A stretch of DNA of 64,000 bases from contig JAWQFM010000024.1 of the NCBI GenBank assembly GCA_033442325.1, forward strand, positions 285,436 through 349,435, given 5' to 3'. This DNA comes from Salpingoeca rosetta. Its lineage: Eukaryota > Protista > Choanoflagellata. Position numbers and translations under genes: made by a program. Positions 13,388 through 29,748 of the stretch are shown piece after piece (position 1 is the stretch's first letter; each line of letters begins with the position of its first letter). Under the pieces are notes generated by a model, which was not told the DNA's origin, did no database searches, and saw nothing but the letters and a program-made list of their open reading frames with translations.

Positions 13388-13842
13388 GTCTGTGCGCGCG
13401 TGTGTATGTACGTGCGTGTGTGCGTGTGTGTATGTACGTGCATGCGCGTATTTGTGGTCTCCTCCACCCCCAGCCATTCCCCTTCCTTCACCCCTTTCTT
13501 CTCTTGCTCAGTTCTTGTGCAACCATTTGCACACAGCGTTCATGTCTCAAAGCATGTTCTCTCATCCACCACCACCGTCGCGTGTGCTCTTAGATCCAAC
13601 GCAAAGGCGGGGCGATGGACACACGTCCGCACAAGTCGCAGAAGCACGTCGCATCTTCCAGCGTGAACCGGCGCAAACACCAGCGCGAAACCGCCAACCA
13701 GAACAAGGCGTTTCTCAAGCGCCTGCAAGGCGTCAAGAGCACCGTGCCAAAGCCAACATCGTCCAAGTCCAAGGCAAGGCCAGGGCCTCCACGCCAGAAG
13801 AAGCCTGCACGCAAGCTTGTGCAGCCCGAATGGAACGATTGA
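12535..13842 (+). CDS. CFAP97: CFAP97/KIAA1430 (Hemingway)-family cilia-associated protein, 3 exons
   Basis: Acidic N-terminus, then THNRDDMRRIQRENVMLLGKLEE and SSSVNRRKHQRETANQNKAFLKRLQGVKST, the two signature helices of the CFAP97 domain. Splice phases are consistent. Confidence 0.72.
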
Positions 13843-14561
13843 GAGCCATGATGGTAGTGAGGGCAGAGAGAGATAGAGAGATAGAGAGAGATGGTGTTGG
13901 TTTGGAGGATGGGGGAGGATGAAATGTGAAGAAAGGTGGAGCAGGGAGGGAGGGGGTGGTTGATGGTGCATGATGTATGCGAGAGAGTGTGTCGTATTGT
14001 GTGCGTGTGTGCGTGTGTGCGTGTGTGTGTGTGTGTGTGTGCGTGCGTGTGTGTGTGTGTGTGTGCGTGTGTGTGTTGTGCACGTACGTGAAGACACGCG
14101 AGAGACAGAGAGTGTGTTGTGCACAGCTTGCGTGTGCGTGTGCACATGGTTGGTGTGTATTGCACCATGAGGAACCTCTCACTGTTCCCGCATTGAGTGC
14201 GAAGACGTTTCCGGATTTGCATTTCTATCTGTGCTGAACTTACGCTTTCTGCTGCCTGTTTGAAACTTGGTGATACAGTTGTTACTGCCATCCTTTGCAC
14301 TCCACCGTGTGAGTTGCCTTGCTTTGTAGACATTCATGCCCTTTTGTTGTGGACGTGGCCATCACTGGCATTTGCCAGTGAACGCACCCATATCATACAA
14401 TTCTTGCCGTGCGTTTGAGAGGTGATTGTTGCAAGGCAACGTGACAAGAAACACAGGGAACACAACAAGCGACACACACACACGCATACACACGCACACA
14501 CACACACACACACACACGAACACACACACATGCACGCACGCACACACACACACACGCATAC

Positions 14562-14623
<62 letters not shown>

Positions 14624-15224
14624 ACACACACACACACACACACACACTGCTCTTTACTGATGGTGAAGGGTTTATCTCGGTACGGTTGCATCCACCCCCC
14701 AACACGGCACGCAATATACACCTAGAGCACACACGCACACAAGCTGCACACGACACGCACGCGTGCATGGTTGACTACGACAAAATCAGCAGGCTGCTGC
14801 TGTAGGAACGCGAAGCAGCAAACATAAAGCAGGTGAGCAAGCAAGGGAGACCAAACACAAAAAGAATGTCATGCGTGCGTGCTTGTCAGCAGGGCACAGT
14901 GCAACAAAAACGAATTGTGGCGCTGTTGTCCGGAATAAAAGCACAGGTGGAGGCAGCCGCGGGATGACGGAGTGCAATGACGGTCGCATCGGCCACACAA
15001 AACAGAAACACACACACACACACATACACAGGTACGAAGATGCGCAAGCATACAGGTACAGACACATATCACACATACACACACGCACACACACATACAC
15101 ACAGGTACAGACACATATCACACATACACACACGCACACACACATACACACAGGTACAGACACATATCACACATACACACACACACATGACAGACACAAC
15201 AGCAAAGCACGTGACAGCACACAA

Positions 15225-16884
15225 TCAGGCGGCGATTGTGTTGTAGGCTTTGTTGAGTTGCTCCAGAATGATGAATGTGAGGACGGTGTGTGGGCCGAGA
15301 CGTGCGTAGTACGGAAGGAAGCCCTTCCACAGGGCAAACACACCTTCCGAACGCACAATGTGCGACGCAACGTGCAGTGGTCCCTGATGCACATGTGGTG
15401 TGGTGTGTTTTGTTGTGTGTTTGCATGTGAATATGCATCTTCTCGCCAGGACTGGCCAGACAACATCAACAAGCAGCGTTGGCTCACCTCCAAGCAAGTC
15501 ATCGTACATGCAGCCAACCAATCAACCGACAACCGCACACGCAAGCAAGCAATCGTGCAACACAGCAATAATTGCGCATGCAAGTAATCACGGCGCGCAC
15601 CTTGAATTCGGGGACCCCATTGACGTAGTTCATGTTCTGGATGCGCGTCTTGAGAATGTCCACGGGCATGCTAGCTGCCGTGGTGGCGAGCCCGCTGACC
15701 ATGCTTGCGCTGAAGTGCAGCCCAATCCCGTCAAGCTCAACTGGGGGTTGGGTCGTTCGAGGAGAGGAGGGGGAAGGGAGTTGGATGTGCATTGTACATT
15801 GGTCGAGTCGCGTGTGAGCACAGAGAGCAACTTGTTGCAAACACAAACTCGCACACAAGGTGCACACAGGCAAGATGCATACGCACACGCAGGATGCACA
15901 CGCAGGATACACAGGAGGCGCACATGTTTGCTTGATGACTTGCTTGGCCTGCGTATACGTGGCGAGTTGAGCTGCGTTGACAACCATTGCGCGGGCAACT
16001 GTGGGGCCGCATCCCTACGCACATATGTGTGTATGTGTGTGCGTGCGTGCGTGCGTGCGTGTGTATGTGTGTGTGTGTATGTGTGTGTGTATGTGTGTGC
16101 GTGCGTGCGTGCGTGTGTGTGTATGTGTGTGTGTATGTGTGTTGTGGCTTTGTGGGTGTCGGTCAAGCAAAGGGGCGTGATGTAACGCAAGTCCACAGCA
16201 CATACATACATACATACATACAGACACACACACATACACACACACAGACACACACAGACACACACACACACACAGACAAACATACATACAGACACACACA
16301 CACACAGACACACAGACACACACAGACACACACAGACACACACAGACACACACACACACACACACACAAACGCAGCAGCATCAGCATCGGCGTCGGCACG
16401 TACCCGCCAGAGGGTCAGGACGCCTTCCTCACGGGCGATGCGGGAGAGAGCGTTGAAGACGCTCGTGTATCCACGGCGCTCAGCAGCTGGCCGGCTGTGT
16501 GCGCACATGTGCAGACACGCGGGTATCAGAGTGAATGAGTTAGACATGCACACGGAGGGACAGGAGGAGGGGGAGAGGGGGGGGAATTGTTTGCTTGTGT
16601 GACATGCAAGTGTGTTCGTGTGAATGTGTACATGTTTCAGTGTCTCGCATGTGTATATGTGCGTGCGCGTGAAACGTGTGTTCATGTACAGAACTGGCAG
16701 GTGTTCTGGAGCACGTGTCTCTCTCCATATACATCACTTGCGTACAGCGCACCTTCCATCGGAGGACATACGGATGAGTGCAATCTCGGCGGGAGTGCCG
16801 ACAACGGCGCCAACAGCACCGGCTGTCAGCCCAATGCCGGCCTTGGACGCAAACGATAGCTCCCCGTCGCTCGCCGTCCTGGCA

Positions 16885-16943
<59 letters not shown>

Positions 16944-17388
16944 TGATTGAGTGAGTGCGAATGGGTGGGTGAGTGAGCGAGTGAGTGAATGAGTGAGTGA
17001 GTGCAAATGGGTGGGTGAGTGAGTGAGTGATTGAATGAGTGAATGAGCGAGTGCGAATGGGTGGGTGAGTGAGTGAGGGAGCCATCGAGGCAAGGGATGA
17101 CGCCAGGACCAATCCTGCTCAGCAGGCTCAATCAGCATACATGGCCTTGTCGAGGAGCATGTTGTAGACGCCGAGACGGGTGGTTGTGTACGTTGCCTGT
17201 CGTAGCAGGCCCGCAGACAGGCTGGTATGGGAGACGAGACACGTGAATGGGAGTGGAAGTGATGGAAAGGTTGGCAGGTAGGAAGGAGGTGCGGAAACAC
17301 ATGCACAGATACAAACACACACATGCCCACGCAGACAAACACATACACGCACACACAGACAGACACAGACAGACAGACAGACAGACAG

Positions 17389-17422
<34 letters not shown>

Positions 17423-17924
17423 ACACCACCACCACCAACCCAGTATAAAGGGCGAGTGCGCCTTCTTGTTTGATGACGTTACCGACGATGGTGAAAAAGC
17501 TCACGCGTCCCCCAGCCACCTGCATCCTGTTCTTGAGCAAGTCCAGCGGCTGCACGAAGAACGTGGCACCCATCCTATCATGTGTGTGTGGGGGGGGGGC
17601 AGGTTGCATGAGTGAAGCGCAGCGTCATTGAGCCGGTCCGTAACGGCCAAGCAGATAACACAGACACACACACAATTGCAGATAGACAGAGACAGAGCCA
17701 GAGCCAGCCAGCCAGCCAGCCAGCCAGACACACACAGACACAGCCACAGACAGACACAGACACAGACACAGACACATAGACACACAGATGCACACAGACA
17801 GACACACGCCATCAAGCAAGGTCCTCCCCTCTCTCTTCCAACCATCATACCCGGCAAGGCCGCCAAAGGCGAACTTGGCGTAGTTGGGCGGCTGTTGCTT
17901 CTTCTGCTTCATCACGGCAGCCAT
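15225..17924 (-). CDS. SLC25A11: Mitochondrial 2-oxoglutarate/malate carrier
   Basis: Three carrier signatures: [23 protein letters not shown] and [12 protein letters not shown]. Also [32 protein letters not shown] and [23 protein letters not shown]. Confidence 0.93.
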
Positions 17925-18311
17925 GGCGTGCAGCGGCGGGGTGCTCGGGTGTGGTGGCAAAGAAGGGCAAGCGAAGGCCAAAGCAGCAAAACGTTGCAGC
18001 ACAGGCCTGCCAAGCAACGGTGAACAATGGGTGGTGCAGTACTGGAATGTGTGGTGCGTGCCTCTACATCCACCCCTCGTGCACTCTCTTATTGCTTGCT
18101 GCTGTTTGATGGTTGATTGATTTTGAAAACTCGCGCCCACACACACACACACACACGACTGAGTCGACCCTGAAGCAGCTGCTGTCGCCTGCGCTGCTGT
18201 CACCTGCCCGCCCCTCCGCGGTGTGTCGACGGCACTCCTTGTGTCCTTGCGTGGCTCGCTTACTCTCCAGTCCAGTTCAGTCCAGCCCTCGTCCTCGTCC
18301 TCGCTGCAGCG

Positions 18312-19258
18312 ATGATCTACAACTTTTACCTGTACAATCGCCAAGGCGTTTGTTTGTATCAGAAGGACTTGAAGCGAGGATCGAAGCAACAACGCAGCGA
18401 CACAGACAAGGTGTTTGTGCGTGTGTGTGTGTGTGTGTCTGTGTGCATGTATGTGTGTGCATATGTGTTTGTGTGTGTCTCGCACCCTCTTTGTCAGTGT
18501 CTCGCACCCTCTTTGTCAGTGTCTCGCACCCTCTTTGTCTGGGTCTTGCTCTCCTTCTCTCTTCTCTGCAACCTCCCTCGTTTGGGTGCACGCTTGCTGG
18601 ATGAGTCGCGGCTCTTGTGCACCTGCTCACACACACACACTGTGCATATTGCATGTGCTCGTGTTCCCTTGACGCAGTTGCTGTATGGCCTCTTGTACTC
18701 GTTGAAAAAGTTCGCAGAGAAGATCTCACCCAACGACAAGTCCGTCACAGCGCGTGCCTTGTTCCACGCACTTGTTGTGCTTGTTGTTAGTTCGTTTGTT
18801 GTTGGGTCATCGACCACGTGCGCACACACCCGCACACCACCTGCTTGATGTGGGCACACGTTTCTCTTTCACCCCCCCCCCACCACACACACCCTTTTCC
18901 CCCATACCCCTCACCCCCTCACCCCCTCCCTCTCTGCTCACGCTCACATGTGAGCAGGAAGCGGTTTCGGTCATACAAGACAGCGACGTACAAGTTGCAC
19001 TGCTTTGAAACACCAACCGGGCTCAAGTTTGTCATGTGCACCGACCTCTCCGTCGGCAACATTGACCGCGACCTCGAACACATCTTCGCACACGTGAGCG
19101 AATGGCATCGCTGTGGCTGTTGCAGTTGTTATTGCTGCAGTTGTTGTTGGTAGCGAGAAGCCCTGCTGCTGTGTTTCACTCGGTGCATGCATGCTCTCGT
19201 GTGTGTGTGTGTGTTTGTGTCGCCACCTTTCCTGTAACCCATGCACACACACACACAT

Positions 19259-19293
<35 letters not shown>

Positions 19294-19647
19294 TTCACAC
19301 TCGCACACATCACACACACACACACACACACACATTCACACTCGTACACATCACACACACACTCTCTCTAACAACACATGCATTCACATACATCACATCG
19401 CAACCGATGACAGATTTACGTGCCGCACGTGGTGAGGAATCCCCTGGCGGAGCTCCACGTGCCAATGACACCAACAACTACAATGCAGCCATTACCATCC
19501 TCATCATCATCATCAGGGAAGGAGGAGGAGGCTTCAGATGCCGTGACGGCGACACAGCTACAGGAGCAGCAAGTGCAAGCGGCAGCAGCAGCGTCTGGGT
19601 TTGATGCTGCCCTCTCAGCCTTTCTCTCCTCCCTCAAATACTACTAG
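18312..19647 (+). CDS. TRAPPC1: TRAPP complex subunit 1 (Bet5), 4 exons
   Basis: MIYNFYLYNRQGVCLY; LLYGLLYSLKKFAEKISP; FRSYKTATYKLHCFETPTGLKFVMCTD; IYVPHVVRNPL. Confidence 0.92.
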
Positions 19648-20307
19648 CCTGCGTGCGTGCAGGTGCGTATGGATGTGTTTGTGTGCGTGTGTATGTGTGC
19701 GTATGGGCGCGGGTGTTTGTATGTGTGTGTGTGTGCGGGTGTGTGCGCGTGTGAACACGTGTGTGTGCGCGTGTGAACACGTATATGAGAGTGTGTATAT
19801 GTAAGTTCTCTCCCTTCTTCTTTTCTTGCCCCCTCTGCCCCCCTCTTCTTCTGTCTCTCCCTGTCTCCCTTTTGCCGTTTTCTTCATTCTTCCCATTCCC
19901 CTCGCCCCCCCCGTCTTCCTGTCTCCCTTCCCCGTTGTCGGCGCCCCCTCGCATGATGTGCACACGCGTCTACATTTTAGGCAGGTGTTACTCTTCCCCT
20001 TGTTGCATTGTTGTTATTCTCAGTGCTTTCCCTCATTTGTTTTGATGCCGAGCTTCTGGCGTCTCCATTGAAGCATGTCAATGTACACGATGATCTTTGG
20101 TGTTTTGGTCGTTTGTATGCATGTGTGCGTTCGTGACAGAGCGACAAAGCGACGGAGCGGCAGAGGGATAGGCAGACAGACACACACACACAGACACACA
20201 CAGACACACACGCGCACACACATCACACACACACACACAAACAGACACACACACACACACACGCACACACACACAAACAGACACACACACACACAGACAC
20301 ACACACA

Positions 20308-20418
<111 letters not shown>

Positions 20419-20474
20419 ACACATCACACACTACGTTTTGTGTTGTCTTTTCCTTGATCTGTTTTTCCCCCAGT

Positions 20475-20519
20475 TTTGGCGCGCTGGCGGCACTGTCTTG
20501 GCGACGAAAAATTTCGCGC
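20475..20519 (+). promoter_or_regulatory. Two consensus E2F sites upstream of the Myb gene
   Basis: TTTGGCGC at 20475-20482 and TTTCGCGC at 20512-20519, both exact TTTSSCGC matches. Function untested. Confidence 0.45.
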
Positions 20520-20911
20520 TCAGCTGATTAAAAAATTCGCAAAACACAAAAGAAAAAAAAAAACGACGCCCGCCCCGTCCTCTTCCCTTGCTGTGCGGAA
20601 AAACCGTCGTGCTGTGCCCGTTGCGTTGCCTTTCCTCCCATCGCCTTGCGCCTGCTGCTCGCGCACGTAACAGACACCAAGCCACACGCCACACACAAGC
20701 CACACAAGCATCGCTCTCCTCGCCACATTCCACACACTCCCTCCATAGCATCACCATCCTCCTTTTCCCTCCTGCCTTCCCCCTCTTCTTGCCTCTCCTT
20801 CCGTGCTCTTGTTCTGTTGCCCTTCCTCCACCCCGCCACCTTTCCATTGCCGCACCCTATCCGCATTCGCTGCCCTGACCTGTTCCGCCCATATCCAACC
20901 ACACACATACA

Positions 20912-20953
<42 letters not shown>

Positions 20954-21748
20954 TGCCGTCTTGTCTCTGCGCGTGATCCATCCGGTTTTGGTCTGGTGTT
21001 TCGTGTTTGGTGTTTGGTGTTTGGTTCGTGGTGTTTCGTTCGCCACACCACGCACAACCCTCCTTCTTCCATCTCTCGCATACCAGCGTCCACGACAGCC
21101 CCCCCCCCCCACTTGCGTGCTGCCTCCCCCTCCCAAATCTCCACCGCCGCATCCACAAGTGTTTCGCGTCCCACACACACCGCCTCCCATCATCGGCTGT
21201 TGATAACGGTACGGTGCGTGTTTCATTCTTTTGCTCCTGTTTGGCTGTTTCCACACTCATCGCCCACAGGACCTTCTCCGTGTGTGTTTGTGGTTGCTTG
21301 CCTGCTCTCGTGTGTTGCTCCCTTCTCGTCCTCGGCAGTTTTTCTGTCAGCCCCCTCTTGTGTTTTGTCAGCCCTCGGCGGCCTCCCCCCTTTTCCTTTC
21401 CACACCACACCAACGTCTGCACCAACAACACCCAGCACCAACGCTCGCATCAGCATCAGCATCAGGGCTATCAACCATTTCATACAGTCCAGCATCACCA
21501 TCCCTTCTCTTCCTTTGTCTCTGATCCCCTCCGCTCACGGCCCACATCACGTCGCACACACACGCACGCACGTCTTTTTCCTTTCGCACGGTCCGTTTCG
21601 CATTCATAGCAACCGCACATCAAGCCAATCCACAGCTCCCAATCAGCCAGACGAGCAAGCCATCGAGCGATCCATCCATCCATCCACCAGCATCGCCGAA
21701 TCTGCAATCAACAACGCATACCCGCCATCCACGCATTTCATATCGACG

Positions 21749-22314
21749 ATGAGCAAGGCTGGCAAGCGTGAGACGGGTGCCGCACGTGCGGGCCCGTTTG
21801 TCACCGCCCTCAAGTCATGGACGCCAGAGCAAGTCCGCGCCGGGCACACCCTGGAGGACCTCGTGCAGCGCGTCATGGAGGTGCAGATGCAGAAGCAGTC
21901 CAAGTCGTGGCTGCCGGAGGAAGACACCATTCTTCGTGACGCCATCACCCTCTACGGCACCGACAACTGGTCTGCCGTCTCAAACCTGTTTTATGCCCGC
22001 TCGCAGAACCAGTGCCTCCAGCGCTGGGAGAAGATGCACAACCCGACCATCCAAAAGGGCCCATGGACCAAAGAGGTGCGGGCTGTTGATCCGTGATCAT
22101 GACGATAGATGGGCTGTTGTGCTTTGGTGCTTTGATGATGGTTGGAGATGTTGCCATGGTGGGTGTGCTCTGCAACTGTTACTTTGCATTTGCAGCATTG
22201 TTGTGTGTGTTTTGCGGTTGTTATTGCAGTGCCATGGCTGCACCACTCGTGCTTGCATCACTCCTGTGTACCTTCATCACTCATGCATGCGACGACCGAC
22301 ACACACACACACAC

Positions 22315-22397
<83 letters not shown>

Positions 22398-22944
22398 AGG
22401 ATACCCTCCTGCACCAGTTGGTACAGGAACACGGCGCAAAGAACTGGTCAGAGATTGCCAAGAAGATGAAGACACGCGTGGGCAAGCAGTGCCGCGAGCG
22501 CTGGCACAACCACCTCGACCCCTCTGTGAAGAAGGGCGCCTGGTCAGATGATGAGGAGCGCATCCTATTGGATGCCCACAAGAAGCTCGGCAACAAGTGG
22601 GCAGAGATTGCCAAGCTTCTCCCCGGAAGGTGTGGGCGTGGTTTGATTTGAATGCGTGTTTGTGTGTGTGTGTGTGTGTTTGTGTGTGTATATGTGTGTG
22701 CGTGTGTGTGGTGTGTGTGTGTGTGCTTTTGGATTCTTGTTTACATTTTTGTTTGTATGTGTGTATGCATGCGTGCATGCATGTGTGTATCCTGTTGAAT
22801 CAAAATGACTGTTCCGTCCTGCTGGTGCCCACTTCCTGTGCTGTCATCCCCCCCCCAATCTTCCCGCTGTTTCTCCTTTTCTCCGGTGTTGCATCCGATC
22901 CGGCGCACCCCTCCCCCGTCACACACGCTCACGCACACACACAC

Positions 22945-22975
<31 letters not shown>

Positions 22976-24305
22976 AACGCGCACATACATATACACACAC
23001 ACGCACATGCACACATACACATATACACATATACGCATACACACATGCACACATACACACACACACACACACACATACACGCTTGAACAGGACGGACAAC
23101 GCCGTGAAGAACCACTGGAACTCCAACATGCGCCGCCGCAAGCTGCAGAAGCAGCGCGAGCAAGAGGCCGCCCGCACCGGCCTGCCCATGCGCCAGTCAC
23201 GGTCCACATCGCACCTCGGGCCCATCCTGCGCGCACCCGACTTTATGGTTGACGGCCCCAAGATGAGCAAGGAGGCGGCAACAGACCAGCAAGGCGCCTT
23301 CATGCACCACCACGTCTACACTCCACAGAACGCAGACGAGCAGACCGCGCACACCCTCACCCAGCTCTCCGCAGCGTCGGCAGCCGCGTTCTCCTCGTCC
23401 ACAGCAACACCATCATCATCATCGTCGTCATCATCGCGACGGCGCTTCTTGAATCCGCGCCGGCCACGCCCCTCGTTCAGCATGGACAGCAACGACAACA
23501 CAGACAACGACGATGCCTTTGAGGAGGAGGAGGAGGGCGCTGATGCGTTTGCAGATATGGTGGACACAGACGGCCGGCCCTGTGCGAAGAAGTCGCGAAG
23601 CGCATCCACGAGCAGAGCACCCCGCCCCGCGCATCGCCGTCGCAAGCGCGCGTCCCGCTCCGCCCGCAGCCGCTCAGAGTCTGACGCCGTGCTGCCACCG
23701 GGACCAAAGGGCAAGGCTGGCTTCGGTGCGTGCTGTTGCTGCTGTGATTGCGGCTGTGGTTGTGGTTGTAATTGTGATGCTAAGATGGTAAATTTGGTTT
23801 TGGTTGTGAGTGTCGTTGTGGTTGTGGACGTGGTTGTGGTTGTAATTGTGATGCTAAGATCGTAAATTTGGTTTTGGGTGTGAGTGTCGTTGTGGTTGTG
23901 GACGTGGTTGTGGTTGTGCTGTATTGTTGCGCTTGAGTGGTCATTTCTTCAACACACGTGGGGCCTCCATTCCATGCACAACGGCCTACGCAACACCACA
24001 AGCAGACAGAATCATGCCTGCTTCATGCCCCCGCAAATTATTCTTTCCTCACTCTGTTGTCTTGTCCCCAATGCAGTGTTCCCGATGAACCGGTCCATTT
24101 CTCCGTCGGCGACAGACAGCGGATCAGCGGACAGCGACAGCTCGCTCTCCCCTGCCAGCGATCATCACGGCAGCAACGCAATTCAGGTCCTCGCACACGC
24201 CGCCCGCTTCCTGCAAGGTAAACATATTTGCTTGGTTATCCGTCTCCGTCTTCCATTTGCATCTGTTGTTTGTTTGTGTCAACACACATACAGACACACA
24301 CACAG

Positions 24306-24342
<37 letters not shown>

Positions 24343-24728
24343 GACACACAGACACACACACACACACACGCACACACACAGACACACACACAGACAGACA
24401 CGCAGACACGCAGACACAGACAGACACAGACAGACACACAGACACACAGACAGACAGACTCACACGCACACGCACGCACACAATGTCTTCCCCCCCCCCA
24501 CTTCTCTCACCAGACCACGAGCCTGAAGCCGCAAGACGCGAGCTGATGCGATTGACACTCGGCGAAACGACTGTCGACGTGGTGGAGGCGCTGTCGCTAT
24601 TGCACGAGGGCCCAAACGGCAGCCTGCGCCGTGCCTCTGCCCCGTCCAGCACGTTTGGGTCCACCACCTCCCTGTGTGACCAGGAGCGCGATGCGTTAGA
24701 GGGAATCACTGCACTGGCTCACAGCTAA
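21749..24728 (+). CDS. MYB: Three-repeat (R1R2R3) Myb transcription factor
   Basis: R1 WLPEED...QCLQRWEK; R2 KGPWTKEED...[16 protein letters not shown]; R3 [10 protein letters not shown]...[26 protein letters not shown]. Five exons, TAA at 24728. Confidence 0.93.
23761..23920. repeat. 74-bp tandem duplication in a Myb intron
   Basis: taattgtgatgctaagat occurs at 23769 and 23843. Confidence 0.8.
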
Positions 24729-26966
24729 CGCTGCAGCGCACACGTCCTTTGTTGTGTGTTACTTAGCTCGTATGTTCTCTCCCACACACACACTCTCTCC
24801 CCCTTGCTATCACGCCCCTCTATCTCTTCGGCTGGCCTTTGTGTCACCGCATTACACACACCGGTGTTGGTTTTGCGGCTTGCGCGCTTGTGCGCACGCA
24901 CGCACGCATTGACCCGGCAAGCTTCTCCGTTTCCTTGTTTCCTCGTGTCCAAACCAACTCGCGCTGTTGCGGTGTTGCTCTCATCGCCATCACCATGGCC
25001 ATCATCTTGTTTAGGTATCTAGGGTTCCATTGATTCCACGTGTTTGCTTCAGCCTCCGCCCCCTTTTCTCTCGTGTATGTTTCCGTGGCTTTGCAGTTTC
25101 CTCTCCTATTTGTCTCGACTGGTTGTTCTTATCCGATTGCCTCGCACATGCTCGTATCCTCGTTTCCTTCCTACAAGTGCATTGTCTGTTTGTTGTGCAT
25201 GTAGTCATGAAGGAGTTTGATGGGGTTGTGTGTGTGTGTGCTTGTTTGTCAATCAAGTGTTCCTGTGCATGTGTGTGTATGTTGCTTTTTTCGATCTTAG
25301 AAAGCCATGAAGGCGCGTGTCTTTCCGTGTGTTTGTTCGCTGTTCCAGCGATGACTTGATTTGATGAAATTTTACAGTTCGTGCCTTCCCCCTTTGTCTC
25401 TTCGTCATTGTCACGTCTGCGCCCACATCACCACCCCCTTTGCTTCAGCCTTGTTTGATTGACGTGTGCTTTTGTTACGCGCGTGTGTCCGTGGGTCGTG
25501 CTGGTGTGTCTTTGACATCACGCTCCAACGTGGCAAGCCATAATAAAGTCGAAACGGTTCAATGACATCATGCGGAAGATTGTGTTGCTTGTTGTGTGAA
25601 GTGGTGTGTGCGTGTGTGTGGTAGCGGTGTGACATGATGGTGCATTGTGTTATGTGTTTGGTGCGAATGTGCGCGTGCGTTGGGTGATGCGATGTGTGCT
25701 CTGTGTGTGTGTGATGTGCGCGTTCATCCTGGTGCGAGTGTACATCATCATCATTGCTCTTAACATTGGTTCATACTTTCTTCAACTGTCTGGCGGGCGC
25801 TTTGCTGCTCAATTGCAATCCCATCTCGGTGTGAATTTGTTACATTCCGTTTAACTCATTCAATGCGACCATGAAACATGAAGCAGCAACCAGCCTTGAA
25901 CGCACACGCGCACACGGGAAATGAAATAAGTGAATCGTCCAACAGAAACAAAAACAGGAGCGTGTGTTGACAGCACACCACACGTGTTCAACTAGCCACC
26001 AGCCACAGCGCTTGGGCAGAACAATAGCTTGAAAGTTTGGCGGGCGTAAGCGACGCGGGGCAAGAGGAATGAACGATGCAGGCATCACGTGGCGAGCGAA
26101 TACAAACACGAGGGCACCCACACATCAGGTGATATGAAGAGAACAACAGTCTCATCGTGTGTGTTGCGTGTGAGCTGGGAAGTTGTGTTATGTCACAGAC
26201 AAATGCACACATGGGCGGGAGAATGAGTAACCATGCTCACAACTTGGCAAAGGGGGAAAAGGGCAAACGCTGCTGTGAGCGCGGCTTGCGGCAAGTGGCG
26301 GCGCATCACATCATACAGCGCACGCACACATACCGCCACACCACGCCAGCACAACCAAGAGGGCAAGCAAGATGCTTTTGGAACTGGGGGGGGGGAGGTG
26401 TAGGGGACGAGAGATGGGGTAGGACGAGAGATGGGGTAGGGAGGGAAATGGTAGGAGCCGTAAGAGGAAAAGGCAGAGAGGAGGGATGGCAAGCAGAGAA
26501 GCAAGGGGAAAGAGGGAGACAGAGGGGGTTGGAGGTGCACTGGTCAGAAAGCAGGCGACCAGCACCCCTCAGTCAGCATTGCATAACATTAAGACTGCTG
26601 AAACGACTCGTGATGAACACAGAGACGTGTGCAGTGTGTGTTAGGATGTGTTGGCAGTTGCACACATTGGTGAGAAGACAAGAGTAACGCTTCCAGGCCA
26701 TGTCATAGAGAAGAGAGGTTTGGAGTGGGTTTGGAGTAGAGAAGAGGGGTTGGGGGGGGGATTGAGGGAGCAAGGGAGGGAGCAAGGGAATGTCACAGAC
26801 ACGAAAGAGGGAGAGAGAAACAATTGAGGGTGGCGAAAAACGAGGGCACACGCCAGACACGAACACATGGTACAACCACACACACACACACACTGTACAA
26901 TCACATGCATACACACTGCACATCCACATGCATACATGAACAACCACTCAAGAAATGGGTGTAGCC

Positions 26967-29748
<2,782 letters not shown>

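Noticed and set aside
24729-26966. Possible hidden gene between convergent Myb and GATA genes
   Set aside because: No exon with recognisable motifs; consistent with two long 3' UTRs.
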